From assembly GCA_902570525.1 (NCBI GenBank), contig CACFYN010000004.1:2664-66663 (forward strand): a stretch of 64,000 bases of DNA, given 5' to 3'. The stretch is from an uncultured Pelagibacteraceae bacterium. GTDB taxonomy: Bacteria; Pseudomonadota; Alphaproteobacteria; Pelagibacterales; Pelagibacteraceae. A program made the position numbers and the translations under genes. Below, piece by piece: positions 51,740-61,626 of the stretch. Below the pieces are notes generated by a model, which searched no databases, had not been told where the DNA came from, and worked only from the letters and a program-made list of their open reading frames with translations. Numbering within the stretch: position 1 is the stretch's first letter; every line of letters begins with the position of its first letter.

Positions 51740-52864
51740 ATGTTTCAACAATCATCATACTCAGAACAATTAACATTTTTTCAAAAATTAAAATCTTTTG
51801 ATTTTGTGCTTATTTTTTCTGTACTTTTATTAGGATTAATTAGTAATATTTCAATGTTTTCGACAGATGGCGGTGAACTACTATATCACACTAAAAGTCA
51901 TCTGATTAGGTTTGTAGTTTTTTTTGTGATGATGTTATTTCTGTCCTTTTTAAATCTAAGATTTTGGCACTCAACAGCATATCTATTTTACGTAATTGTC
52001 CTTGGATTTTTAGTGTGGGCGTCGTTGTATGGTATAACCGCATCGGGATCTCAAAGATGGGTGAATTTATATTTTATTAATTTGCAACCATCCGAATTAA
52101 TGAAAGTTGCAATTATAGTGTGTTTTGCCAGATATTTTCATAGAGAACAAATTACAAACGTAAGTAGTTTTAAAAATATAATTTTATCTTTAGCAATTTT
52201 GGTAATGCCAATAGTTTTAGTAGTAAGTCAACCAGACCTTGGCACGTCTATATTAATTGCAGCGAGTGGATTGATTGTACTATGGTTGGCGGGTTTAAAT
52301 ATTAGATACTTCGTTTACAGTGCCTTAGTATTGTTAGTCTCTTTTCCATTTGTAATATCCTTTTTAAAACCTTACCAAAAATTAAGAATTTTAAGTTTTT
52401 TCAATCCTGATCGAGATCCTCTTGGAGCGGGTTACCAAATAATACAATCCAAAATAGCAGTTGGATCTGGAGGATTTGCAGGTAAAGGTTTTTTACAAGG
52501 TACCCAAAGTTATTTAGAGTTTCTTCCAGAAAAACACACAGATTTTATTTTTACACTTTTTTCTGAGGAACATGGATTTATTGGATCAGTATTTTTATTA
52601 ATATTATATGCAATTCTTATATATAGGATTATTAAAATTGGATCTATTTCAAGAAGTTATTTTGGAAGATTATTTTGTTTTGGATTTGGCTCTGCAATAT
52701 TTATTTATGTAGCCGTAAACATGTCTATGGTTTTAGGTTTGCTACCTATAGTTGGCTCTCCTTTACCTATTATGTCTTATGGCGGATCTTCAATGCTTGC
52801 AACAATGATAGGACTGAGTATTGTGATGAGTACAAAAATCTATCATAAACAAATAATTAATTGA
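51740..52864 (+). CDS. rodA: SEDS peptidoglycan glycosyltransferase RodA
   Basis: 'QPSELMK', 'QPDLGT', 'LPEKHTDFIF', 'SYGGSS'. Confidence 0.96.
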   Translation: MFQQSSYSEQLTFFQKLKSFDFVLIFSVLLLGLISNISMFSTDGGELLYHTKSHLIRFVVFFVMMLFLSFLNLRFWHSTAYLFYVIVLGFLVWASLYGITASGSQRWVNLYFINLQPSELMKVAIIVCFARYFHREQITNVSSFKNIILSLAILVMPIVLVVSQPDLGTSILIAASGLIVLWLAGLNIRYFVYSALVLLVSFPFVISFLKPYQKLRILSFFNPDRDPLGAGYQIIQSKIAVGSGGFAGKGFLQGTQSYLEFLPEKHTDFIFTLFSEEHGFIGSVFLLILYAILIYRIIKIGSISRSYFGRLFCFGFGSAIFIYVAVNMSMVLGLLPIVGSPLPIMSYGGSSMLATMIGLSIVMSTKIYHKQIIN

Positions 52865-52925
52865 TAAACTCTGTTGAATAATTTGTCGCGATAAATTTAC
52901 ATTAATAATAATATATATTTATAAA

Positions 52926-54161
52926 ATGAATAAAAAACGTGTGGGTATAATTGGTGCTGGTATACAAGGCATATGCAATGCTCTTTTCCTTCAGAAAAAA
53001 GGATTTGAAGTAGTGATCTTTGATAAAGAGGAACCAGGAAGTTTAGCTTCTTATGGAAATGCAGGTCATTTTTCACCTTACGCTTCTGTCCCACTTAATA
53101 GACCTGATATTCTTACCGATGTTCCTGCTATGCTATTAAGTTCAACTGGGCCGCTTGCGCTTAAGTGGAATTATGTTCCTAAAATGATTCCATGGTTCTT
53201 AAAGTTCATTAGAAACTGTACACAAAAAAAAATGATGCATACTGCTAAGTATATGCATCAAATATTAGATTTATCCTTACCAGCTTACGAAGAATTATTT
53301 GATGAGATTGATACTGAAAATCTAGTTGTAAGTAATGGAATTATGTATATCTGGAGTAATAAAAATTTATCAAGCAGAGAGCTTGAAATAAATATTCGAG
53401 ATGAACTTGGGGTTAAACAACAGTTACTCAACCCAAAAGAAATTCATGATTTAGAACCAAATATAAAACCAATATATGATGGTGGTGTATTTTATTCCTA
53501 TGCCAAACATACAAACAATCCAAGAAGATTGCTTTTAAAATTGTTTGACTTGTTTTCACAAAAAGGTGGAAAATTTTTTAAATATCAAATTAAAGATATT
53601 AATTTTGATGAAGAAAAGCCTGTTTTAAGAACAGAAAGTCAAAGGTTTGTATTTGATAAAATTGTAATAGCATGCGGTGCATTGTCAAAAAAATTTACAA
53701 ATGATTTATTTGAAAAAGTCCCACTCGATACGGAAAGAGGTTATCACATTCACTTCAAAGATTGTGAGCATTTAATATCTCGACCTGTTGTATTTTCTAA
53801 TAGAGGTTTTGGTATGACACCAATGGAACAAGGATTGAGAGTTGTTGGAACTGTAGAGTTTGGAGGTTTAAAAAATGGGCCTTCAAAAAGTAGGATTAAA
53901 AACTTAGTTGAAAATGCTAAATTTATGCTAGATGGTCTGCCGGATCATGAAGATGAATGGTTGGGTTTCAGACCAACACTTCCAGATTTTTTACCAGTAA
54001 TTGGACCATCAAAGAATTATAAAAATGTATTTTATTCTTTTGGTCATCACCATTTAGGTTGGACTTTAGGAGCAATATCAGGGAAGATAATTTCTAAAAT
54101 GATTTCTGAAGAAAAGACAAATTTGGAATTAGATCCTTATAGCTCCTTAAGGTTCAGCTAG
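52926..54161 (+). CDS. FAD-dependent D-amino-acid dehydrogenase/oxidase (DadA-like)
   Basis: 'GAGIQG', 'ASYGNAG', 'ERGYH', 'WLGFRP', 'FGHHHLGWT'. Confidence 0.88.
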   Translation: MNKKRVGIIGAGIQGICNALFLQKKGFEVVIFDKEEPGSLASYGNAGHFSPYASVPLNRPDILTDVPAMLLSSTGPLALKWNYVPKMIPWFLKFIRNCTQKKMMHTAKYMHQILDLSLPAYEELFDEIDTENLVVSNGIMYIWSNKNLSSRELEINIRDELGVKQQLLNPKEIHDLEPNIKPIYDGGVFYSYAKHTNNPRRLLLKLFDLFSQKGGKFFKYQIKDINFDEEKPVLRTESQRFVFDKIVIACGALSKKFTNDLFEKVPLDTERGYHIHFKDCEHLISRPVVFSNRGFGMTPMEQGLRVVGTVEFGGLKNGPSKSRIKNLVENAKFMLDGLPDHEDEWLGFRPTLPDFLPVIGPSKNYKNVFYSFGHHHLGWTLGAISGKIISKMISEEKTNLELDPYSSLRFS

Positions 54162-55048
54162 TGAGCCTTAATATAAAAGCTTACGTGATGCTGGTTCTAG
54201 CATCAATCTTTTGGGCTGGAAACTTCATTATAGGAAAATTTGCTTTTGTTGAGAGCATTTCTCCCTTCTCACTAGTTTTTTTTAGATGGGTAATGGTTTG
54301 GTTTATATTATTTCCTTTTACATACAAAGAAATACTGAATAAAAAAAAAGAAATTCTTAACAATTTACCTTTACTACTTTTTCTTGGACTTACAAGTGTG
54401 GGTTTATTTAATTCATTCGTATATGTTTCACTACAATATACGCAAGTAATAAATGCATCTTTATTTAATACTGCTATTCCTGCAGCAATCATTTTATCTT
54501 GTTTTATATTCAAAATAGAAAAAACAAACCTTTATCAATTACTTGGGCTTTTTATTTCAGTTTTAGGAATTTTAGTAATTATAACAAAATTTAATTTAAA
54601 TATTTTATTAAACTTGGATTTTAATATTGGTGATATTTGGATGATAGGAGCTGTGATATGTTGGGGGCTTTATTCATCTTTTTTAAAAAAATTAAAACTT
54701 AAGATATCACTTTTAAGTTTTGTACATATTGTTTGCTCATGTGGATTAATTTTTTTATTACCTCAATTTAGTTATGAATATTTTCAAGGTAATGCTGCAG
54801 CTATTGATAAAACATTTATATATTGTTTAATTTATTTGGCTTTATTTCCGAGTATTGGATCTTATTATTGCTGGGCAGGAGCCGTTTCAATCATTGGACC
54901 TAACAGATCTGGAATTTTTTTGTCATTAATACCTTTGTTTAGTACATTTATGGCCATGTTTTTTTTTGATGAGCAATTTAGATATTTTCATACAATTGGT
55001 TCAATTTTAGTTATAATTGGTTTATTTTTATCGAATAAAAAAAAATAA
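54161..55048 (+). CDS. DMT/EamA-family transporter
   Basis: About ten TM helices, 'FWAGNFIIGK', duplicated EamA architecture. Confidence 0.88.
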   Translation: MSLNIKAYVMLVLASIFWAGNFIIGKFAFVESISPFSLVFFRWVMVWFILFPFTYKEILNKKKEILNNLPLLLFLGLTSVGLFNSFVYVSLQYTQVINASLFNTAIPAAIILSCFIFKIEKTNLYQLLGLFISVLGILVIITKFNLNILLNLDFNIGDIWMIGAVICWGLYSSFLKKLKLKISLLSFVHIVCSCGLIFLLPQFSYEYFQGNAAAIDKTFIYCLIYLALFPSIGSYYCWAGAVSIIGPNRSGIFLSLIPLFSTFMAMFFFDEQFRYFHTIGSILVIIGLFLSNKKK

Positions 55049-55049
55049 A

Positions 55050-55427
55050 ATGTCTAAAATTGATAAATCTAAACTTACAGCTGAACAAAAAATAGTTTTG
55101 CTAGAGGAGGGCACAGAGCCCCCTGGTTCAAGCGAATTAAATTCTGAAAAAAGGAAAGGAAGTTATCACTGTGCAGGCTGTGGTATAAAATTATTTGAAT
55201 CTTCTTCTAAATATGAAAGTGGATCAGGTTGGCCTTCTTTTTTCCAATCTTTACCAGATGTTTTTGAAACAAAAGTGGATCATTTATTAGGTTATCCTAG
55301 AACAGAATATCATTGTAGAAATTGTGGCGGACATCACGGTCATATTTTTGATGATGGGCCAAAACCAACTGGAAAAAGATACTGTAACAATGGTATATGT
55401 TTAGTCTTCAAACCTAATGTTAATTAA
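55050..55427 (+). CDS. msrB: Peptide-methionine (R)-S-oxide reductase
   Basis: 'GTEPP', 'KYESGSGWPSF', two CxxC motifs, 'GHIFDDGP', 'RYCNN'; ATG at 55050. Confidence 0.95.
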   Translation: MSKIDKSKLTAEQKIVLLEEGTEPPGSSELNSEKRKGSYHCAGCGIKLFESSSKYESGSGWPSFFQSLPDVFETKVDHLLGYPRTEYHCRNCGGHHGHIFDDGPKPTGKRYCNNGICLVFKPNVN

Positions 55428-55758
55428 ATATATAAGTTTTTTAATTGGAGTAATTTGGTCCTATTCTTTAATTAAGACACAATCTATTTTTAGTAAAAAA
55501 GCTGGTTTAATTTTTAAAGTATTTATATCAAATGTATCTTGGCTAACTTTGATTACTGCAATATATTTTGGATATAAAAATTTTTCTATAAAATTTATTT
55601 TAATTGGTCTTGTTTTTTCAATTGTCTTGGTTCATTTGGGATTTAAATTTTTAGGTAAATATTTGGCTTCAAAATTTACTGAAAAACAATTGATTATGTC
55701 AAAAACTTTTTTTGAATATTCTTTGATTGTTTGGGTTATTTATTATCTTTTTTATTAA
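55417..55758 (+). CDS. Hypothetical membrane protein (about 4 TM)
   Basis: Hydrophobic 113-aa ORF overlapping the end of msrB. Confidence 0.6.
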   Translation: MLIKYISFLIGVIWSYSLIKTQSIFSKKAGLIFKVFISNVSWLTLITAIYFGYKNFSIKFILIGLVFSIVLVHLGFKFLGKYLASKFTEKQLIMSKTFFEYSLIVWVIYYLFY

Positions 55759-55766
55759 ATTTAGTT

Positions 55767-56876
55767 CTATTTAAAAATTTCTATTAATTTTTTTGCTAAG
55801 ACTTTATGCCCAACTTTATTAAAATGCGGATCATTTTTGAAATAGTATTTTTTATAAGTTTCTAGGTACGAAGAATTATTCATTTCATCGAAGAAAATCG
55901 GAAAATAATTAATAAAATTTTCACATTTATTTTTGCAGAATTCCTGCCATATTTTTACGTGTAACGAGTTTATTACATCGTTTTCTAACTGATGCGGCCA
56001 AGGATAAACTGCCAAACTTAATTTTATACTTTGTTGGGAAAGAATTTCATACAACTTCTCCATTTGATATACCATAATTTGGTTTCCTTCCCTAATTCCT
56101 AAATCATATCCTTCGATTTTATTTTCACTTGAATATGTCCATTTTGCTTTTAGGTTCACTTTATCTGTGAAAATAGGACTTTCATTGATGTTTAATTTTT
56201 CTCTTTGTTCACTTCTAAATTTATATTTTTTTAAAATAAACATGTAGAAATTTGTTAATGGAAAATTATTTCTCAAAAATTTTCTACGTTTTAAATTTTT
56301 CTTTTCCGAATGTTTCTCTGTAACTTTCAGATTTTGATCAATTGAGTAAAAATTTGTATCATCATAAAAATCACTTATATCAATAAAGACAATTACATGA
56401 TCAAATTTGAAACCTTCTTGAAGAAGATAATTTACTTTAGATAAGTATATTTTGGGTGAATATGAAACTATCCCGAGGTTTGCAGTTTTGTATCCTGTTT
56501 TTTCAGTAAAAATTCCAACAAAACTATCTTCATACTCGATCGGGGTTCCTTCCGTAAATGAATCTCCTATAAAAGCAAAATCATAATTTTTGTTATCAAT
56601 TTGATTACACTTAGATTTAAAACCATGATTATTTGTACAAAGTTCATATGTATCCTCAAAACTTACGTTATTCGTGTATTGAACATTTTTCCTCAATGTA
56701 TGATGATAGGTTGGATGATCTATTCTAATTAGTCTTTCATAAAATTGTGATTTTGCAAAAAATGGGTCAAAGTAACTAAGAATTTTTGCACCAAAGAAAA
56801 AATCAATTACTAAAGAAAAAATAAATGTTACAAACAGAATCCTCACTAAATTAAAAAGTTTTTTTACAATAAACAT
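55767..56876 (-). CDS. Membrane-anchored SGNH/GDSL hydrolase-fold protein
   Basis: 'FIGDSFTEG', 'NLGIVSYSP', 'DPHFNKVGH'. Confidence 0.85.
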   Translation of the reverse strand: MFIVKKLFNLVRILFVTFIFSLVIDFFFGAKILSYFDPFFAKSQFYERLIRIDHPTYHHTLRKNVQYTNNVSFEDTYELCTNNHGFKSKCNQIDNKNYDFAFIGDSFTEGTPIEYEDSFVGIFTEKTGYKTANLGIVSYSPKIYLSKVNYLLQEGFKFDHVIVFIDISDFYDDTNFYSIDQNLKVTEKHSEKKNLKRRKFLRNNFPLTNFYMFILKKYKFRSEQREKLNINESPIFTDKVNLKAKWTYSSENKIEGYDLGIREGNQIMVYQMEKLYEILSQQSIKLSLAVYPWPHQLENDVINSLHVKIWQEFCKNKCENFINYFPIFFDEMNNSSYLETYKKYYFKNDPHFNKVGHKVLAKKLIEIFK

Positions 56877-56999
56877 TTAATCAGTATATTTTTTCTTTAA
56901 ATTTCATTAATTTTTGCGAAAATTCACAATTTTGTAGACTATTTTGAGCCAATTCTACAGTTTAAAATTTATTTCAATATAGCTATTATATAAATAATT

Positions 57000-58013
57000 A
57001 TGTTTGAAAAATTAGAGGATTTAGCAAAAAATAATAAAAAAATTTCTGACTTTCATATTAGAAGTGGATGGCCACTAGCTTATAGACAAACGGGTGAGAT
57101 ACATAAAATACCTGAGGTGATGGTTAAAGCTCAAGACCTTCAAGATTTAATATCAACAAATTGTAACGAGATTGAGATGAAAAGATTTCAAGACACTCAT
57201 GAGCTAGATTCATCTGTAACATTAAGTGGATTAAGATTTAGAGCAAATTTTTACAAAACTATTCATGGTCCAGCAGCAGTTCTTAGACGAGTAGAAAGCG
57301 TCATACCTTCTATGGAACAATTTGATCTACCTCCAGTCTTATATGATATAATAGATATGCACAAAGGTCTCGTTTTAGTAACTGGTCCGACTGGTTCTGG
57401 TAAATCAACTACACTTGCTGCAATTGTTAACGAAATAAATAAAACAAGAACATCAAATATTATTACAGTTGAGGATCCAGTAGAATTTATCCACAAAGAT
57501 TTAAAAAGCATTGTCTCGCATAGAGAAGTAGGTAAACAAACGCAAACATTTGCGACTGCATTAAAAGCAGCATTACGAGAAGATCCAGATGTAATATTGG
57601 TTGGTGAGATGAGAGATTTGGAGACAGTCTCATTAGCGTTGACTGCAGCTGAAACAGGTCACCTTGTATTTGGAACTCTTCACACTAGCGGTGCACCAAG
57701 TACAATAAATAGAATTATCGACGTATTTCCACCAGAGCAACAAGCACAAATCAGAGCGCAAATTTCAACTTCACTAAAAATGGTTGTAACTCAAAGACTT
57801 CTAAAAACTAAAGATGGACAAGGTAGATGTGGTGCCTTTGAAGTGATGAAGTGTACTCCACCAATTCAAAACTTAATTAGAGAAGCAAAGATACATCAAA
57901 TTCCAAGCATCATGCAAACTGCAGTTAAAGATGGAATGATTACTATGAACAAGTCTTTAGAGGAATTAGTAAAAGCAGGAAAGATAGATGCAGGAGCAGG
58001 AAAAGAAGAATAA
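57000..58013 (+). CDS. pilT: Type IV pilus retraction ATPase PilT
   Basis: 'GPTGSGKST', 'EDPVE', 'LREDPDVILVGEMRD', 'TLHT', 'IQNLIRE'. Confidence 0.95.
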   Translation: MFEKLEDLAKNNKKISDFHIRSGWPLAYRQTGEIHKIPEVMVKAQDLQDLISTNCNEIEMKRFQDTHELDSSVTLSGLRFRANFYKTIHGPAAVLRRVESVIPSMEQFDLPPVLYDIIDMHKGLVLVTGPTGSGKSTTLAAIVNEINKTRTSNIITVEDPVEFIHKDLKSIVSHREVGKQTQTFATALKAALREDPDVILVGEMRDLETVSLALTAAETGHLVFGTLHTSGAPSTINRIIDVFPPEQQAQIRAQISTSLKMVVTQRLLKTKDGQGRCGAFEVMKCTPPIQNLIREAKIHQIPSIMQTAVKDGMITMNKSLEELVKAGKIDAGAGKEE

Positions 58014-58734
58014 AGGTTTTTCATTATTAGAAATAATTGTTGTGTTAGCAATAGTTGGCGCTCTTGCTGGAGTTGGTATTCCTAATTTTACGAAATGGAA
58101 CAACAGCAGAGTAGTATCAAATGCAACTGAACAAGTCGCATCTTTGTTAAGAAATATACACGCAACAACAGAGAGAGGAACTTTTGCTTATGTTCAGGTA
58201 CTATTTGAAAGTGACTCGTTGGATGGCATCACAATTCGAACCAAAGGTGTTACAATGGATAATTTCACTGCCAAAATGAATGATGTAAACGATGTATGGA
58301 ATACTTCAAGTGATAACAGATGTTCCATAGGTGAACTGGATCCTGATTTTTGGACCAGTGAAGATTTAGCGGAAAGACCCGAGTTAAGAGCGAGCATCTT
58401 TGAGATGGAAAGAAATGATGTGATCTTTCAATGGTTTGATGGTCCAGCTTCTGTATGTTTTTCCAGAAATGGTAAATTCTTTTATGCAGATGGAGAATTA
58501 GGCTTAGATGAACAACCTGAACATTACATATATATATTATTAAATAAGGATGAAAATGCGATGTGTGCAATTGATTATGTTGCGGATCCTTTAGAAAAAG
58601 TAATTCCACAACCAAATTCATGGGATGATAATAGTTGTAAATATGTTGGAGCAGTTAAGTGGACAAGATTCGGAGAAGTAGATACATTCAAGTGGAATAA
58701 AAGGGGCAGCGCGGTATTATCAGAATGGAAGTAA
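57988..58734 (+). CDS. Type IV minor pilin (FimT/FimU-like)
   Basis: Class III signal peptide KG|FSLLE followed by a hydrophobic helix. Confidence 0.85.
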   Translation: MQEQEKKNKGFSLLEIIVVLAIVGALAGVGIPNFTKWNNSRVVSNATEQVASLLRNIHATTERGTFAYVQVLFESDSLDGITIRTKGVTMDNFTAKMNDVNDVWNTSSDNRCSIGELDPDFWTSEDLAERPELRASIFEMERNDVIFQWFDGPASVCFSRNGKFFYADGELGLDEQPEHYIYILLNKDENAMCAIDYVADPLEKVIPQPNSWDDNSCKYVGAVKWTRFGEVDTFKWNKRGSAVLSEWK

Positions 58735-58740
58735 AATTTA

Positions 58741-59340
58741 ATGAAAAAAAACAAGAAAAATAATTTAGGTGTTTCTCTGCTAGAAGCACTAATATCAATG
58801 GCAATCGTTGGTATTGGATTTGTAGCAGTTCTCCAAATTACTCAGTATTCAATCAATTCAGTCAAAACATCTGGAGAAAGAACTAAAGCTACTTTTTTTG
58901 TCAATATGTTTGTAGAGGACTCGCTATCATTGAGAGACAATTCTACTAGTGAAAATTTTACAGACATTTTAGCAGTTGATAGCGACAGAAGTTTTACTTC
59001 GGTATGTGATACTCAAGGAGCTAAAAATCCAGTTAAAACTGATACAGCTGGAAAGGTTTATGACAATTCAACCTCTGACGATGACCCAACTGAAAATAAA
59101 ACTGAAAAGTGGAATGCTTTAATAAGTAATAGGGACTACATGGATTGCTCAAGTAGTGGTAGAGACGTAAGGGCTTTTGAAATCTTTAAACTTTGCAATA
59201 ATGCAACTTCTCCAGGCTGTATTGAAAACAGAAATCAACCAGATGAAATTATGTATATTGGAAGAGCTCAAATGACATTAAACAATGGTCAGAAAAGAAA
59301 ATATTTATACTTTCAATCTGATTTTAGACTTAAACCATGA
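58741..59340 (+). CDS. Type IV minor pilin (PilV-like)
   Basis: LG|VSLLE prepilin motif; position in the operon. Confidence 0.8.
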   Translation: MKKNKKNNLGVSLLEALISMAIVGIGFVAVLQITQYSINSVKTSGERTKATFFVNMFVEDSLSLRDNSTSENFTDILAVDSDRSFTSVCDTQGAKNPVKTDTAGKVYDNSTSDDDPTENKTEKWNALISNRDYMDCSSSGRDVRAFEIFKLCNNATSPGCIENRNQPDEIMYIGRAQMTLNNGQKRKYLYFQSDFRLKP

Positions 59341-60374
59341 TTAAAAAAAACAAAAATAATAAAGGTCTTACTTTAATTGAAATATTAATTTCAATTATCA
59401 TTACATCTGTAATGATTGGGGCAATGTATACATCTTATAACGCTGTTAGTGGGGCTTACAAACAAGTGAGTGATAAAGCAAAAATTAGTGGATCCAGCCG
59501 AGATCTCGTTACAATGATTATGAGAGATATAAGAATGGCAGGTTTTAGATATTATTCTGGTGATTATGCTGCCGATCAATTTATAAACGATCCAAGAAAT
59601 GCTACGTGTGTAGCAAGTGGGCTTCGTTTAACCGATAGAAATTATATTTCATTTAATTCTGGTTATGATGGTGATGAAGCAAGGAGCCATGCACCTTTAG
59701 TTATAAGAAAAAATGTGAGTAAGGATCAACCAAGTCTTCATAAAGCATTTGATACTTGTTGTGATAGAATTGAAATAGTTTATGAAGATTTTAGCTTACT
59801 CTCAAATACTGACCAGCTCCAACCATTTAAAATTTACAAAACTTCATACTACGCATTGCCAATTGATGAAGACGGCGACCAAAGATACGGAGTTTATAAA
59901 AAAATAGAAAGCTGGGTACAGCCAAGGACTGATGGGTATGAAGAAGGAATATGTGCATGGCCAGGTCGTGAAGAAGATTTAGTCGTTGGTTTCTGGGATG
60001 ATGAATGCTCTGAATGCTTTAAAGAAACATTAGTAAGAGATCATGTTGTAGACATGGAATTTATACCATTTGATGAAAACGGTAGGATTTTAATGGATCT
60101 TTCTAAAAACTTTCCTGCGCCAGAAAACATGAACCTAAGAGATAGATTATTTGATATAAGAACAGTTGATATAAGAATTACTTTTAGATCAAAAAATGAT
60201 TTTTATAAACAAGATAAACAAATAGACCCAACTAATACAGACAATAAAGTTGCAAGAAAAGTCTATGGCTTACAGAGAAATTATGAGCCTAGTGATGATG
60301 GTACAGATAAGTATTTAAGAGACTCTGTAATAGTTACAGTAAACACTAGAAATATAGGACAATCTTTCCAATGA
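59337..60374 (+). CDS. Type IV minor pilin (PilW-like)
   Basis: KG|LTLIE; PilW-type 'MRDIRMAGF'; C-terminal 'VNTRN'. Confidence 0.85.
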   Translation: MIKKNKNNKGLTLIEILISIIITSVMIGAMYTSYNAVSGAYKQVSDKAKISGSSRDLVTMIMRDIRMAGFRYYSGDYAADQFINDPRNATCVASGLRLTDRNYISFNSGYDGDEARSHAPLVIRKNVSKDQPSLHKAFDTCCDRIEIVYEDFSLLSNTDQLQPFKIYKTSYYALPIDEDGDQRYGVYKKIESWVQPRTDGYEEGICAWPGREEDLVVGFWDDECSECFKETLVRDHVVDMEFIPFDENGRILMDLSKNFPAPENMNLRDRLFDIRTVDIRITFRSKNDFYKQDKQIDPTNTDNKVARKVYGLQRNYEPSDDGTDKYLRDSVIVTVNTRNIGQSFQ

Positions 60375-61054
60375 TTAAACAAAATGATAAAGGTTTTGCA
60401 TTAGTATTATCTTTGGTTTTACTATTAGCCATGTCTTTGATGGGTGGTGCATTAGTCATCACTGCATCTTCAGATCATTCAAGTAATAATAGTAGTGATG
60501 AGTATCAACAAACATTTTATGTAGCTGAAACTGCTTTGCTGCAAGCTCAAAAAAGTTTGATGGATAGAATGATTGGCCCGATAAATAGAGACACTGGATT
60601 TAGAGACTATGGTGCAAGGGAAGTTCCAGTTAATCAAGACGATGCAGTTGACGGTACAAGAATAGATATGAATCTTACACCTTGTGTCAGAAGCTTTAAA
60701 AATATAGACAGCAGTGCCGGTTCTGAATTTAGAGTTGTTGAATATGAAAGGAATCAATCTTTTTGGAATATTATTGGCCCCATCATTGAAAATGATCAAC
60801 TGAGCGCTGACTTAGGAGACGCAGATGATATTGCACGAGAACGAACAAAACTACAAACATTTAGATATGAGTATCTTTCTACATTAGTTGGAACCGAGAC
60901 TTATGCAGGTGCCGGTACAAGTCTTAAAAAAAGTTCAACCAATGCTCAAAGGAGAGGGGCAGCTTATCGGTTATATGGATGTGGTATAATGGGACCTGTT
61001 GATAAGCCATTAATTTTAGTACCTCTAGAAACTATTGTAGTATTGGCGTATTAA
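60371..61054 (+). CDS. Type IV minor pilin (PilX-like)
   Basis: KG|FALVL with no Glu5 (PilX/GspK trait); 'FYVAETAL'. Confidence 0.85.
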   Translation: MIKQNDKGFALVLSLVLLLAMSLMGGALVITASSDHSSNNSSDEYQQTFYVAETALLQAQKSLMDRMIGPINRDTGFRDYGAREVPVNQDDAVDGTRIDMNLTPCVRSFKNIDSSAGSEFRVVEYERNQSFWNIIGPIIENDQLSADLGDADDIARERTKLQTFRYEYLSTLVGTETYAGAGTSLKKSSTNAQRRGAAYRLYGCGIMGPVDKPLILVPLETIVVLAY

Positions 61055-61115
61055 AAACCAAAAATGACCACTCAAGAGTGTTGAATAAAAATCAAATTTA
61101 AATAAAATCTGTGAA

Positions 61116-61625
61116 ATGAGAAACCTGATCATACTTTCTTTCTTGATTTTAATTTCACAATCAAAAGCTTACGCATGCTCTATATTGAATGTGGATATAG
61201 GAACCCCTGTTAACGCTGCTAGTGAGAAATTTGATTTCCTTGAAGAATTTGACGCAACTACATATGGAGATGATTACTCTGTTAGATTTACTATGCCAGC
61301 TAAAGATTATTGCGATGAATCGGGTTTAGAAAATGCTGACCTAGAGGTAATTATCTACAATTCACAAATTGCAGGGATTAATGTTTTATCATGGGATCCT
61401 AATATAAAAAATGAAGTATATAATTTCACAAATAACTTTATTGGATCGTTAGGTTCAGACTTGGAAAAAGATAGGGTTGGATTTAAAGATTTAAGTCTTG
61501 GTAATTTGCTTATAGTATATAGCAAGTACGAACATCAAGAACAAATACATGAACTTTTAGAAATTACAAATAGCCAACTGAAAGATTTTGCAGTAGGAGA
61601 ACAGGTTTTAGATTCAAATGGATAA
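61116..61625 (+). CDS. Hypothetical exported acidic protein within the pilus locus
   Basis: Signal peptide ending AYA|C; 169 aa; between pilX and the pilY1-like gene. Confidence 0.7.
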   Translation: MRNLIILSFLILISQSKAYACSILNVDIGTPVNAASEKFDFLEEFDATTYGDDYSVRFTMPAKDYCDESGLENADLEVIIYNSQIAGINVLSWDPNIKNEVYNFTNNFIGSLGSDLEKDRVGFKDLSLGNLLIVYSKYEHQEQIHELLEITNSQLKDFAVGEQVLDSNG

Positions 61626-61626
61626 A

